From contig MU057584.1 of the NCBI GenBank assembly GCA_013265495.1, positions 185,782-224,788 of the forward strand: 39,007 nt of DNA, given 5' to 3'. The notes beneath the pieces were generated by a model. That model made no database searches. It was not told the origin of the DNA and was given only the letters and a program-made list of their open reading frames with translations. Positions within the stretch are counted from its first letter, which is position 1. Each line of letters starts with the position of its first letter. The DNA is from Vicugna vicugna (lineage: Eukaryota). The position numbers and the translations under genes were made by a program. Below, in pieces: positions 26,903 through 39,007 of this stretch.

Positions 26903-28001
26903 CCCTCTCCAGCCCAATAGCATGAAAAAAAGCCTTTAAACTATTATACATTTACAGAAATACCATTACAAATACCAGATGGTCACCAATGACTATTAAT
27001 AGAGTACTGCTTGATTAAAACACACTTCTAGATATATAGGTTTAAAAAAAAGTCCATTTGCCTCCATACTGCCCATGCATTTTTCAGTCCCTCTGGCCTA
27101 AATTTCCAGTTCCACATTCCTAGGGAATTATTTTATTTCAATGAGAACTATTCCTGGGAATCTAAGTCCTAAGGAGTGACCTGCTCATGCTAATCCAAAT
27201 GGGACTCTCAGAACCCTGAGGGACCTCTGCTACCGGGCTGTCCCGTCTTTCCTAAATGGTCGAAGGAGATGGACATTTTTGGTATTTTTTGATGGGTAAT
27301 TATTATCCATTATGTTATTTATTAGTATGACAAAAAAGCATATGTTCCAAAGAAAGAAAATCAGACATCAACCCAAAGTTAAAACAGATACACCTAGAAT
27401 CCCTTTCCATTCTGATCATACACAAATATCTTACCATGATGGTTCTACACGAGTGTTCTATACTCTTGTCCTGCAGTTTTCAGTTCATATCAGAGCCATT
27501 TTCCTATTTTTACAAAATCTTCACATAAAAGGAAAAGTGCTATATGGAAGAGATTATTACCAAGTAGCTGCTGGGGAAATGATGTTGTAAAAGGATCCAC
27601 TGAAATGCCACTTTCCAGTCTAACAACCACAGCAAGTTTTCAACCTTCTCGGCAACAAGCCCACCAGTGCTAGCATTCTCACTTATTCTTTATTGGAAAA
27701 GAGGTCTACTTCACTGGCAGTCACTTCTCAGAATAGTGCCCATTTAATGGTAATTCTCTTGGATTCAGGTTGAAGTGCTTTCTCTACAAGGAAAAGTGCC
27801 AGTATTTATTACTTTCATGGGAATGTTTCATAAGAGCCAAGTTTGATTTTCTTATGTAGAATTAAGTAAAATATGTGATTCATAGTCTTTCTCTCTTTCC
27901 TCTCTAGAACAAATTTCCAAATACACAATAACAGGGGGCTAACTGAAAGCTTTCCCACACACATCGTTTCCATGCTAGTTCTTTCCAATACATGTAATCC
28001 T

Positions 28002-28105
28002 GGAGGAATGGAAGGAGGGGGAAAGGGTGGAAGTGAAGGAGGGAGGGAAGAAGTGAGGAAGGGAGGGAGGGAGGGAGGGAGGGAAGAAGGAAGGGAGAAA
28101 GGAAG
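28002..28105. repeat. Purine-rich (GGAA/GGGA)n simple repeat in ZNF180 3'UTR
   Basis: ggaaggaggggg...gggagggagggaagaaggaagggagaaaggaag. Confidence 0.9.
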
Positions 28106-28132
28106 ATACATATAACCTAAAAGATTTCCAAA

Positions 28133-29899
<1,767 letters not shown>

Positions 29900-30636
29900 C
29901 TAGCGCCAAAATGTTAAAGCTGGAGTAGTGCGGGGAAAAGCTGACAAGAAAAGTATGCAAAATTTATGTGGATTTGTTTTAAGCTATGCAGACAGTGGAT
30001 CTATAACCTGAATTGAGAAAGCAAAAGAATGGGATGAAACAGTAAGCAGAGAACTATCACAGTCCAATAGCATAACAAGGCATTAAAATGAAATGACTCC
30101 CATCTCAGTGTTGTTGAATAAAAAGACTTTAGATGTCAAATATCTCCACATTCCAAAATAAGATCACCTATGCAGAACGTACAGAATTACAAAACAATTT
30201 TGCAATCTTTATACATAGGCACACACACAAAAAAGAGGGTCCTTTCTACCCTTAGAGCTAGAAAACTGTTCACTGAAACAGAGATTCATGTTTATATTTC
30301 TAACAATTTCTGGAGGCATGAAACTTGCTAGCAGTCTGTGTTAGTAAGACAAGGGCAAACTATTTTGTGAACCAGGTACAAAGAATGGGGGCACTGTTAT
30401 CTGAGGGTCCCTAAATGCCTTAGGAGTTAAGATGGCCCCATGGATTCCTATGGTTTCAAGTGAGAGAGGACGGAGATTAGCTCAGAAGCAGATGCCTGGG
30501 TGTCTACTAGGCCAAGTAAGAGAAAAAGTACCCTTGAAAAAGGAGTGAGAGATGGAGAAATATGTGGCATGCCTTATGGGGATTTTCCAAACAAATCCTC
30601 CATACCTGTAATGACTCCTAAGTGTCTGTTTCTCAC

Positions 30637-30716
30637 CTGGATATGTGTATTGAGAAATCCTTTTTATACTTATCCCCTTGTTCCAACAGGAGATTGTGTC
30701 TGGTTTGAAAGGCTGA
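30637..30716 (-). pseudogene. Vestigial KRAB-B exon in ZNF180 intron
   Basis: PFKPDTIS then, after a 1-nt shift, LEQG; ends YP G|gtgaga at the position where KRAB-B normally lies. Confidence 0.6.
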
Positions 30717-31014
30717 TAGGGAAAGACATAGAACTTTGGGCATTTGGCCTGGAGACAAAAGAAAATCCATGCAGAAATTTGGTCCCAGTCTTTGGCCTTT
30801 AGGAACCAAGAAGACAGAAAAAGCTCAAACACAAGAAACTGTACCTTTGCTACTCTACAAATTAAAATTAACTCTTCAATGGAGTATAAAAAGCACAAAC
30901 ATAATTTATGTGTGGCCAAAATCATTCTGGCCTCTGAACTCCCTAGGTCTTGATCAATGGAAATGAGAAATCATTTCAACATGTGGACTTCATTAAAGGG
31001 GACTGTATTCTTAC

Positions 31015-31141
31015 CCCAAGAGACCAGGTCCCTGTGGTCCTCCAGGATCACATCTCTGTCCAGGGTCCTCTGAACAGCGTCCAATGTGCCTTCTTCCTCC
31101 TGAGTGAAGTCCACAGTCACTATTTTGAAGTTTACTCCTTC
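31015..31141 (-). CDS. ZNF180: ZNF180 divergent KRAB-A exon (127 bp): EGVNFKIVTVDFTQEEEGTLDAVQRTLDRDVILEDHRDLVSW
   Basis: ctgttttag|GAA...TGGG|gtaaga; 127 bp, phase 0-1. Confidence 0.9.
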
Positions 31142-31492
31142 CTAAAACAGGACACACATTCCTGCTCAGCTGAGCATCATTTCCTTCCAGTGTTCACAGA
31201 GGAAGAAAAGTTTGACAGATGGAAGGAGGAAAGCCTGATGGCCTGGATACTGTCCTGAGATGGTCAGTGTCCAAAGGATTCTAGTCAAGAGGTACAAGTA
31301 CCTTCTAGGTGAGCCCCTTTGGGTTTTGAATGCTGGACCAGTTTATATAACCCCAAAGAGGAACACCAGATAGAAACTGACATATAAATTGTTTTTGCTC
31401 TTGTTCACCTTAAATAAAATGCTTATTCTGATTTTAGCATTGGTGAATATAGAATTCCTACTTAGGAATTCCCTCCAAATTTCCAAACAGCA

Positions 31493-31710
31493 CAGGGTCA
31501 GCAAACTTTTTCCGTCAAAGGTCAGATAGTAAATATTTTAAGCTTTGCAAGATATACAGTTTCTATTACAACTACTTAGCTCTGCTACTATAGCAAAGAA
31601 AGCAGCCACAGAAAATATATAAACAAATGGGTGTGGCTGTATTACAATAAAGCTTTATTTATAAAAACAGGTGATGGGCCAGATTTGGCACACAGGTTTG
31701 ACTGATGCTT
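31493..31710 (+). mobile_element. MER58A-like hAT-Charlie MITE
   Basis: cagggtcagcaaactttttccgt.aaagg.cagatagtaaatatttta...aatgggtgtggctgt.tt.caataaa.ctttattta.aaaaacagg...gggccagatttggc. Confidence 0.85.
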
Positions 31711-32305
31711 CAGATAGAAAACGGTCTGAGGGCCTCAATGAAAGGCAGTATGTATAGGTTAAGAGCACTGGATTTGGAAAAGAGACTTGAGTTTTCTCAT
31801 CTATTAAGAGCATGTGTCTGAAATTTTTTAAAAATACGTCTGATCTGACCATCTGTCTTTTGATGGTGAGTTGATTCCATTTCTATTTATTAGGCGTCAC
31901 ACACCCAACTCACTCTGCTGTTGAGTGAATTGATTGTAATGATATATGAAAGCAATCAGCAGAGTTTACTGAACAACAACAACAACAAAAGGCTGGCAAT
32001 TATAAGGATTATTAGGTTTGAGAACCCTGAAAAATTAAGGGACAGCCAATGTGACCTTTATCCTGGACTCTTAGTCTTCAGGAAACAGTTCTATTTTGCC
32101 CACGTGCCAAGCTGCACCATAGGGCCTGTCGTTACTGCTATGTAAAGGGGGTTTCTTGGTCTGCTCCTCTAAGCAGGAAAGACTACTGGGCAGGAATTTT
32201 GACCCAAAAAAGTGCTGGGAATGATCTGTCCTTACCCAAAGGCAGCAAAATCCACAGAAGTTGAACGTCACTTGCCAAGGCTTTAAAAACAGACGGGGTA
32301 TTCTT

Positions 32306-32562
32306 TTTTTTTTTTTTTTCAATTGAAGCATAGTCAGTTTACATGTGTCACTTTCTGGTGTACAGCATCGTGTTTCAGTCATACATATATGTACATATAT
32401 TCCTTTTCATATTCTTCTTCATTATAGGTTACTACAAGATATTGAATATAGTTTCCTGTGCTATTCAGTAGAAACTGGTTGTTTATCTATTTTATATACA
32501 GTAGTTAGTATCTGCAAATCTCGAACTCCCAGTTTATCCCTTCCCACCCCCTTCCCCTGCTG
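32306..32562 (-). mobile_element. 5'-truncated camelid-type L1 3' end
   Basis: Poly(T) head; close reverse complement of 300-525; degenerate TSD cagacggggtattctt / cagaacgggtgttctt. Confidence 0.88.
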
Positions 32563-33719
32563 CAGAACGGGTGTTCTTAAGCTGTGGTTCATGAACAGGA
32601 CACAAGGTCCCTGAATTTCATGCTGGTACCTGCATTTTCCTAAGTTGTGGCCCATAAATCTTACTAAAATCTCAAAGGTTTTCTTGATTAGCCCAAAATG
32701 GGATTCAGAAATATCATTTGCAAACTGTTACTTGTGTGGAACATGGGATTTATAGGTACTGTTTTTCAACTTCCAATCTACGCTTCTTAATAAACACCCC
32801 CCTTCACTGTTTAATGTAAGTTCCTTTAATATCAAGCTTGTTCAAATGTCAAATAAATAATAGCAGAATAGATTAGCCCTCCAACTCCACCCTAGAATAT
32901 ATGTCCTCAAAGTTCCAGGGGTTTCTATTGTAAGACTCACCATGCTTTTTCATCATTTGCAGAATGGTCATCTTTGTCACCAGGCTGAAATCCATGAGGG
33001 CACGGACAGGTATTTATTTAACTTCAGTGCTTAGTACAGTGTTGGTGTACAGTACATACAAAATATGTATTTGGTAAATAATTTCCATAAGTGAATCAAT
33101 AGTACCAATGGACTTGGTAATAAACCAAAATAATCCTAGTTCAATTTCTGATTTAAGTCCTCCCTCACCTGAACCTCACAAGGCCTATCACAAACCCATT
33201 TGAAAAAGCCCTCCAGCCGGTGGAAACTGGTTTTTCTGGACTTTTAGTCTCTCTTATTCTCCCCCTCCTCTCACCTGTCCCCAGCTCCCCACTCCTCCAA
33301 ATTCCTTCCCAAACACTTCAACTGTGCCCTTGGGAACTCTTCTTCAACAATAACGAAAACTTACAGCTTCACATCATCACTAAATATCCTCTCTATATCC
33401 CTGTGTACATGGAAACCTACACTTCCCCGAGGACTCCCTCCTCCACAGCCCTCAGAGGCTCAGGGTGGTCATGCTCTCCCATCCCGGGGGTCTCAGCATC
33501 AAAGGAGGAGGGTATGTGTCCTTCCAATTACCCTGAAACTCATGCCACTTGCCTCACGTCTTGGAGCTTGGTTCTACCAACCTCTTGAACACCACCCCCC
33601 TCATCCACTGAAGATATATAATACTAGGATTTATTCTCTAATTCAAGAACCTGTATTGCCTGGTCTTACACTGCCTATGGCATCCACCTGTAGAGTTCTC
33701 TGACAATAATATAAAAATA

Positions 33720-33950
33720 ACTGACTTTAATAAACACTTACTGTGTGATGTCAGGCAGTGTGCTAAGCATTGGCATAAATTATCATTCATCTAATTTTCA
33801 CAAGGTCCCTGTGAGAAAATGCTATGAGCAACACCATTTTTCAGATGAAGAGCTAGAAGGTTAGAGAAATTAACACATATACCTAAGGTTAGTGACTAGG
33901 ATGCCACCTCGAGTTTGCCTCACATCACAGACCGTGTTCTCAGTCATCAG
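33720..33950 (-). mobile_element. MIR SINE
   Basis: cacttactgtgtg..tcaggcagtgtgctaagca...ccattttttcagatgaagagctagaaggttagaga. Confidence 0.7.
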
Positions 33951-34519
33951 TTCATAAGGCCAGCCCGACGCCCAACCCCTCACTCTTAGGGTGAGACCCC
34001 AGGTCTTGAAGTCACCATAAAGGATGCTACCACTCAAGTCACACATACAGAATGACTCACTATGATTATGACATCAGATTGCTCCCCTTTACTTAACCAC
34101 TCCCTCTACTCATCTCATTCTTTGATAGTTTGGGGCTTTTACTTTATTGAAATACCTATGATTCCTATCTACCGGCCTATATTCTTTTTGTTTGTTTGTT
34201 TAGCATCCTCTTAATCTTTTCATCTTTTCCACAGTTGAGAGTCTGTGGATCCTTCACTTTAATCTTTCTATTTGATATATTCAAAAATCCTCTTGCAAAT
34301 ATTACCTTGACCTGTGGGGCTTCCACTAAGTGTACCTGGCTACAAAGACCAAACAAAACTGAATGTCAATCTGCTATCTATGGAAAGGAGGTTACAGGGT
34401 GCCACTGCGAAGGAAAACCCACAAGAGCAGCTGGATAGAGTATTATGAATGGTCAGTATCTCAGAATGAGCCTTTTGGGCTGACCAGCAACCCTACTCTA
34501 CCTCCTGGAGCAGCGTGGC

Positions 34520-35025
34520 TCTCATCATTCAAAATTACTATTGTAAGCCTTCTTCACTGTTGGCAAACATCTCTGCATTCCAACTCCCTCACTCTTGCTC
34601 CACAGATAACTTCCTCTGATTGTTCAGAGAAAAACGCAAGCCTTCAAAAAATTCCCTCAATCTCATTCTTTTTATATGAGTCCTTCTTCCTCTACAGAGC
34701 CAATGGGCTCGCATGCGCTCTGAATTAATTCCCCTGACACGAATCAGAGACTCTGCTTTATAGTTATATCTCCTCTCTTTCCTGAACAGTAACTTCTCCA
34801 CTTACTCTTTCCTGTAACCACTTAAACACAGCCAAATCTTTTCAATCATTTAAGGGGAAGGAAAGAAAGAAAGAAAAGTCCCTCAACCTCAAATTTCCCT
34901 GCAGTTATCACTCTGTTCAATCTTTTAAAAACACGACAACCAAATTTTTGTAAAAAGCTGTGCACTCTGATCTTCATTTTCTCACTCTCTATTCACTTCC
35001 CAGCTCACTTCGATCTGGCTTCTGT
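34520..35025 (+). mobile_element. LINE-2 fragment
   Basis: Pyrimidine-rich decayed L2 ORF2-like sequence ending cacttcgatctggcttctg. Confidence 0.45.
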
Positions 35026-35081
35026 TGCCCAGCAGCCATGCACATTTCTCAATGTAAAGAAAGAGATCAAGTCCAACTCAC

Positions 35082-35156
35082 CTGGGATGGGATGGCCAGT
35101 GACCCGGCATCTTCCCTCTCGACCTTGACGATAATCTCCTGGGGAAGGAGAGAGTC
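35082..35156 (-). CDS. ZNF180: ZNF180 pre-KRAB coding exon (75 bp): DSLLPQEIIVKVEREDAGSLAIPSQ
   Basis: ctttgccttctcag|GAC...CCCAG|gtgagt; phase 0-0; matches ZNF180 DSFLPQEIIIKVEGED as recalled. Confidence 0.88.
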
Positions 35157-35294
35157 CTGAGAAGGCAAAGCAGATGAGAAAACAGAGGGAAATCACTGCT
35201 CAACACTCCTCCTTGAGTAGGCTAGGATTTGACATACCACCTGCTTTAACATCTCCCACCTACCAACTCCCTCCCACTGGTCAGCTAAAGCTAA

Positions 35295-35492
35295 CCATGT
35301 GGAGAGACAGGGGACATCTGGAGGAGCAATGAAGCACCAGACATGGCATGAGGTCTCTGTGCATCTTCCAGGCCAGCCCAGCTACCAGCTGAATGGAGCT
35401 GAGCAACCCTAGACACTATATGGGAGAAAAGAACTGTCAAGCTGGGCCCTGCCTGAATTCCCCAATCACAGAATTGGAAGCAAATAAGATGG
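35295..35492 (+). mobile_element. MaLR (MLT1) LTR fragment
   Basis: ccatgtggagag...ccagctgaatg...aagaactgtc.agctg.gccctgcctgaattcc..a.tcacagaatt. Confidence 0.6.
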
Positions 35493-36054
35493 AAGACAGC
35501 ATGACCAAAGGATGATCAAGAAAAAGAACAACAAATTAACTTCATAAAATTTTTGGCAAAAAGCGCCATCAATAAGGGCACCATCAATAAGAATCTATAT
35601 TGTTATGATTTCTTCTTAAATCAGTAAGGAAAAGGTAGTGTCAACAGAAAAAGGAATAAAGGAAAGTGCACACACAACTCAACTATGAAGGAAAATGGTG
35701 AGTGAATATACAAAAAGATGCTCACCTCTTTCAGTCAGAATCACATCTCTCTTTCTGTACTATCCCTGTACATTAGAGACCATAAATTTACACTGATACT
35801 TCCAATCACAACGCAACAACACGTTTATTCTAGCCTCCTGGCTTCCTGTATTTGTACCCTTCTTCTCCGGCTTTCTTCATCCTCTTTATATTTACTTACT
35901 ACTCAAATCCCTGTATGTAGCCAATATCCCAACCATGTGGAGTGTTTCTTTGGACTGTTGCTAGTGACTCCTGCCCTGGTGGCCTGTCAGTCAAGAGCTT
36001 CATGTACTCTTTGTGGAAATTTAAGTAGATACAACCTTCCTGGATTGGCAATAT

Positions 36055-36290
36055 TTTTTAAAATAACATTTTATTTTGAAATAGCTTCATGCTATTTCAA
36101 GAAGCTCACAAGAAATTGCAAAAATACATGAGAGTTTCTGTGTACCCTTCACTCACCTTCCCCCAATGCTAGTATCACATGCAACCACAGTGCATTGTCA
36201 AAACCAGGAAATTGGTGTCAGTGCAACATCTTTAACTCAGGTACAGACTTGATCCAGATATCATCAATTTCTATATATACCATTTGCTTT
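36055..36290 (-). mobile_element. L1MC/MD-type 3' end fragment
   Basis: tttattttgaaata...ctcacaagaaattgcaaaaata...tgtacccttcactcac.ttcccccaatg...tcaaaaccaggaaattg. Confidence 0.7.
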
Positions 36291-36882
36291 TTTTTTTAAT
36301 GGCAACATTAAAAAAATGTAATATTCAATAAGTTTACTTGAAAGCATGTCCTTAGGAAATAAAAGAAAGTACCCTTAGATGCGGGTACAAGAAATCTCAT
36401 TAAAGGGTTACATTAACATAGCAAAAAAGGGAGGGGGGTAGTAAGTATCCATCAGTAAGTGCCTGGTTAAATAAATTATGCTTTATCCAGATAACTGAAT
36501 ACTATTTAGCAGCCAAGAGAAGAAAAGATAAATTTGCATGGATTGATGCATATAAATGACAGAAAGATGTCTATAATATCTTTGTTGAATGAAATTAAGA
36601 ACAGTATATGTGGACTGTGAATAAACTTTTCAGAATATAAATATGCACAGAAAAAAAAGCATTGAAAGTAGTTATTTTTGGAAAGGTAGAACTGAGGGGC
36701 AGGTACACAGTCTATGTTTCAACACTGTATTCACTTTTTAATGGCATTTACTTTCCTTAATTAAATATTTAGGAAACAAATGACAAAAACTCTTTGAAAT
36801 AAGATAATTCCTTTGTGGCTTCCAGAAGTTTCTCCTACAGAGTACAGTGACTCAATCTGTCAAATGACAGTCCATTCGAGGA

Positions 36883-38561
36883 CAGACATATTTCATCTTA
36901 TTACACTTGACAAAATGAATCTTTGTGGCAACCCTGCATCAAACAAGTATACTGGTGCCATTTTCCCAACAGCATTTGCTCACTTCATGTCTATGTGTCA
37001 CATTTTGGTAATTTTCACAATTATTTCAAACTTTTTCATCACTACTGTATTTGTCGTGGTGATCTGTGATGAGTGACCTTTGATGTTACTATTGTAACTG
37101 TTTTGGGGCATTGTGAATTGTGTCCACATAAGATGGCAAATTTAATCTAAAAATGTTGTGAATGTTCTAACTGCTCCACTGACCAGCCCTTCCTCCATTT
37201 CTCCCTCTCTCCTCAGGCCTTCCTGTTTCCTGAGACACAACAAGATTGAATTAGGCCAACTGATAACCCTACAGTGGCCTCTGAGTATTCAAGTGAAAGA
37301 AAGAGTTGCACGTCTTTCACTTTAAATCAAAAGCTAGAAAGGATTAAGTTTAGTGAGGAGGGCATGTCGAAAGCTGAGATGGGCCAGAAGCTTGGTCTCT
37401 TGTGCCAAACAGTTGGCCAAGTTATGAATTCAAAACATAAGTTCTTGAAGGAAATGAAAAGTGCTACTCCACTGAACAGATGGATGATAAGAAAGCAAAA
37501 TAGCTTTACTGCTGAGAGGGAGAAAGTCTGAGTGGTCTTGACAGAAGATCTAACCAGCCACAACATTCTCTTCAGCCAAAGCCTAACCCAGAGCAAGGGC
37601 CTAACTCTTCAATGCTGTGAAGGCTGAAAGAGGTGAGGAAGCTGTAGAAGAAAAGTCTGAAGCCAGCAGAGGTTGGTTCACAAGGTTTAAGAAAAGAAGC
37701 CATCTCCACGACATAGAAGTGTAAGGTGAAGCAGCCAGTGCTGATGTAGGAGCTGCAGCACGTTATCCAGGAGATGGAGCTAAGTAATTAACGAAGGTGG
37801 CGACACTAATCAAGAGATTTTTCAATGTAGACAAAACAGCCTTATGTTGGAAGAAGATGCCATCTAGGATTTTCATAGCTAGAGAGGAGAAGACAATGCC
37901 TGGCTTCAGAGCTTCAAACGACTCTCTTGTTAGGGCTAATGCAGCTAGTGACTAAGTTGAAGCCAACGCTTATCTACAATCTTTCTGAAAATCCTGGGCA
38001 CCTTAAGAATTATGCTAAATCTACTCTTCTTGTGCTCTATAATCAGAACAACACAGCCTGGATGACAGCATATCTGTTTATGACATGGTTTACCGGGTAT
38101 TTTAAGCTCACTGTTGACACCTATTGCTCAGAAGAAAAGATTCTTTTTAAAATACTACTGCTCACCTGGGAACTCTGATGGAGATGGACAATGAGGTTCA
38201 TGTTGTTTTCATGCCTGCTAACACAACATCCACTCTGCAGCCCATGGAGCGAGGAGTCATTTTACCTTTCAAGTCTTATTATTTGAGAAACAGATTTTGC
38301 CAGGCCATAGCTGCCATACATAGCTGCTGATGGATCTGGGCAAAGTCAATGGAAGACCTTCCAGAAAGGACTCACCATTCTAGATGCCATTAAGAACATC
38401 TGTAACACGTGACAAGAGGGCAAAATACCAACATTAACAGGAATTTGGATGAAGCTGATTCTAACCCTTATGAATGACTTCGAGAAGTTCAAGACTTTTT
38501 GAACTGGAGGAAGGAACTGCAGATGGAGTGAAAATAGCAAGAGAACTAGAAGAAGAAGTGG
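36883..38561 (+). mobile_element. Tigger1 DNA transposon, 5' ~1.7 kb with decayed transposase
   Basis: Transposase N-terminus [44 protein letters not shown] at 37274; FN.D.T and [12 protein letters not shown]-domain motifs; many stops and frameshifts; interrupted at 38561. Confidence 0.92.
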
Positions 38562-38847
38562 GCATTACAAAATCGCTCCAAAAGCCAAGGAACAAAAACA
38601 AATCTAGCTCACAATGCCAAAGTAACACCAACAAAACGACAGATGGTTCAGGAGAGCCACAAGGTTTGACCCCAAACTGCTAATGAACTCAACCACATCG
38701 TGGCAACTGGGCTGCAAAGAGAAATCACAACCATAATGTGTGACAACACCAAATGTGTCTTTCCTTGCTACAAGACCGGTTGATGTTAAATTTTAACAAC
38801 TTAAGGGCCAGAAGTTCATTCATCCTATAATTTAAAAGTACCTGGGG

Positions 38848-39007
38848 CACAACAACACAAAATTTATGGGACACAGCAAAGGCAATGCTAAGAGGGAAGT
38901 TTATAGTGATACAGGCCTTCCTCAAAAAAGAAGAACAATCTCAAATAAACAAGTTAACCCACCACCTGAATCAATTAGAAAAAGAAGAACAAAAATCCCC
39001 AAAAAGC
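38848..39007 (+). mobile_element. 5'-truncated L1, ORF2 (continues beyond window)
   Basis: Open frame TTTQNLWDTAKAMLRGKFIVIQAFLKKEEQSQINKLTHHLNQLEKEEQK. Confidence 0.9.

Noticed and set aside
37274..38540. Domesticated TIGD1-like transposase gene
   Set aside because: Stop after 85 codons and many further disruptions; ordinary decayed Tigger1

Overview
Mammalian genomic DNA, most likely a camelid, judged from several tRNA-derived vic-1-type SINEs and artiodactyl-type L1 3' ends. It is part of a KRAB zinc-finger cluster with all genes on the minus strand. From right to left: (i) ZNF180, three intact coding exons with 12 C2H2 fingers, start exon outside the window; (ii) ZNF229, with promoter, start exon, KRAB-A/B exons and linker intact but a disabled finger array (2-bp frameshift, two nonsense codons, out-of-frame 329-bp tandem duplication); (iii) the CpG promoter and first exon of the next gene. 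The most striking element lies between ZNF229 and ZNF180: a decayed gammaretrovirus-like ERV (gag, pro, IN, 3' LTR). Inside gag it carries an intronless SLC18B1 cDNA in circularly permuted order. The C-terminal block comes first, is joined at what looks like a back-splice junction to the N-terminal block, and entry and exit fall at the same point. This reads as exactly one turn of a circular RNA captured by a retrovirus. The same ERV carries a second 1.25-kb, 3'UTR-like insert in place of RT/RNaseH. The rest is L1, L2, MIR, MLT, MER58 and Tigger1 repeats. Gene and repeat names come from recognition of remembered sequences, not from database searches.
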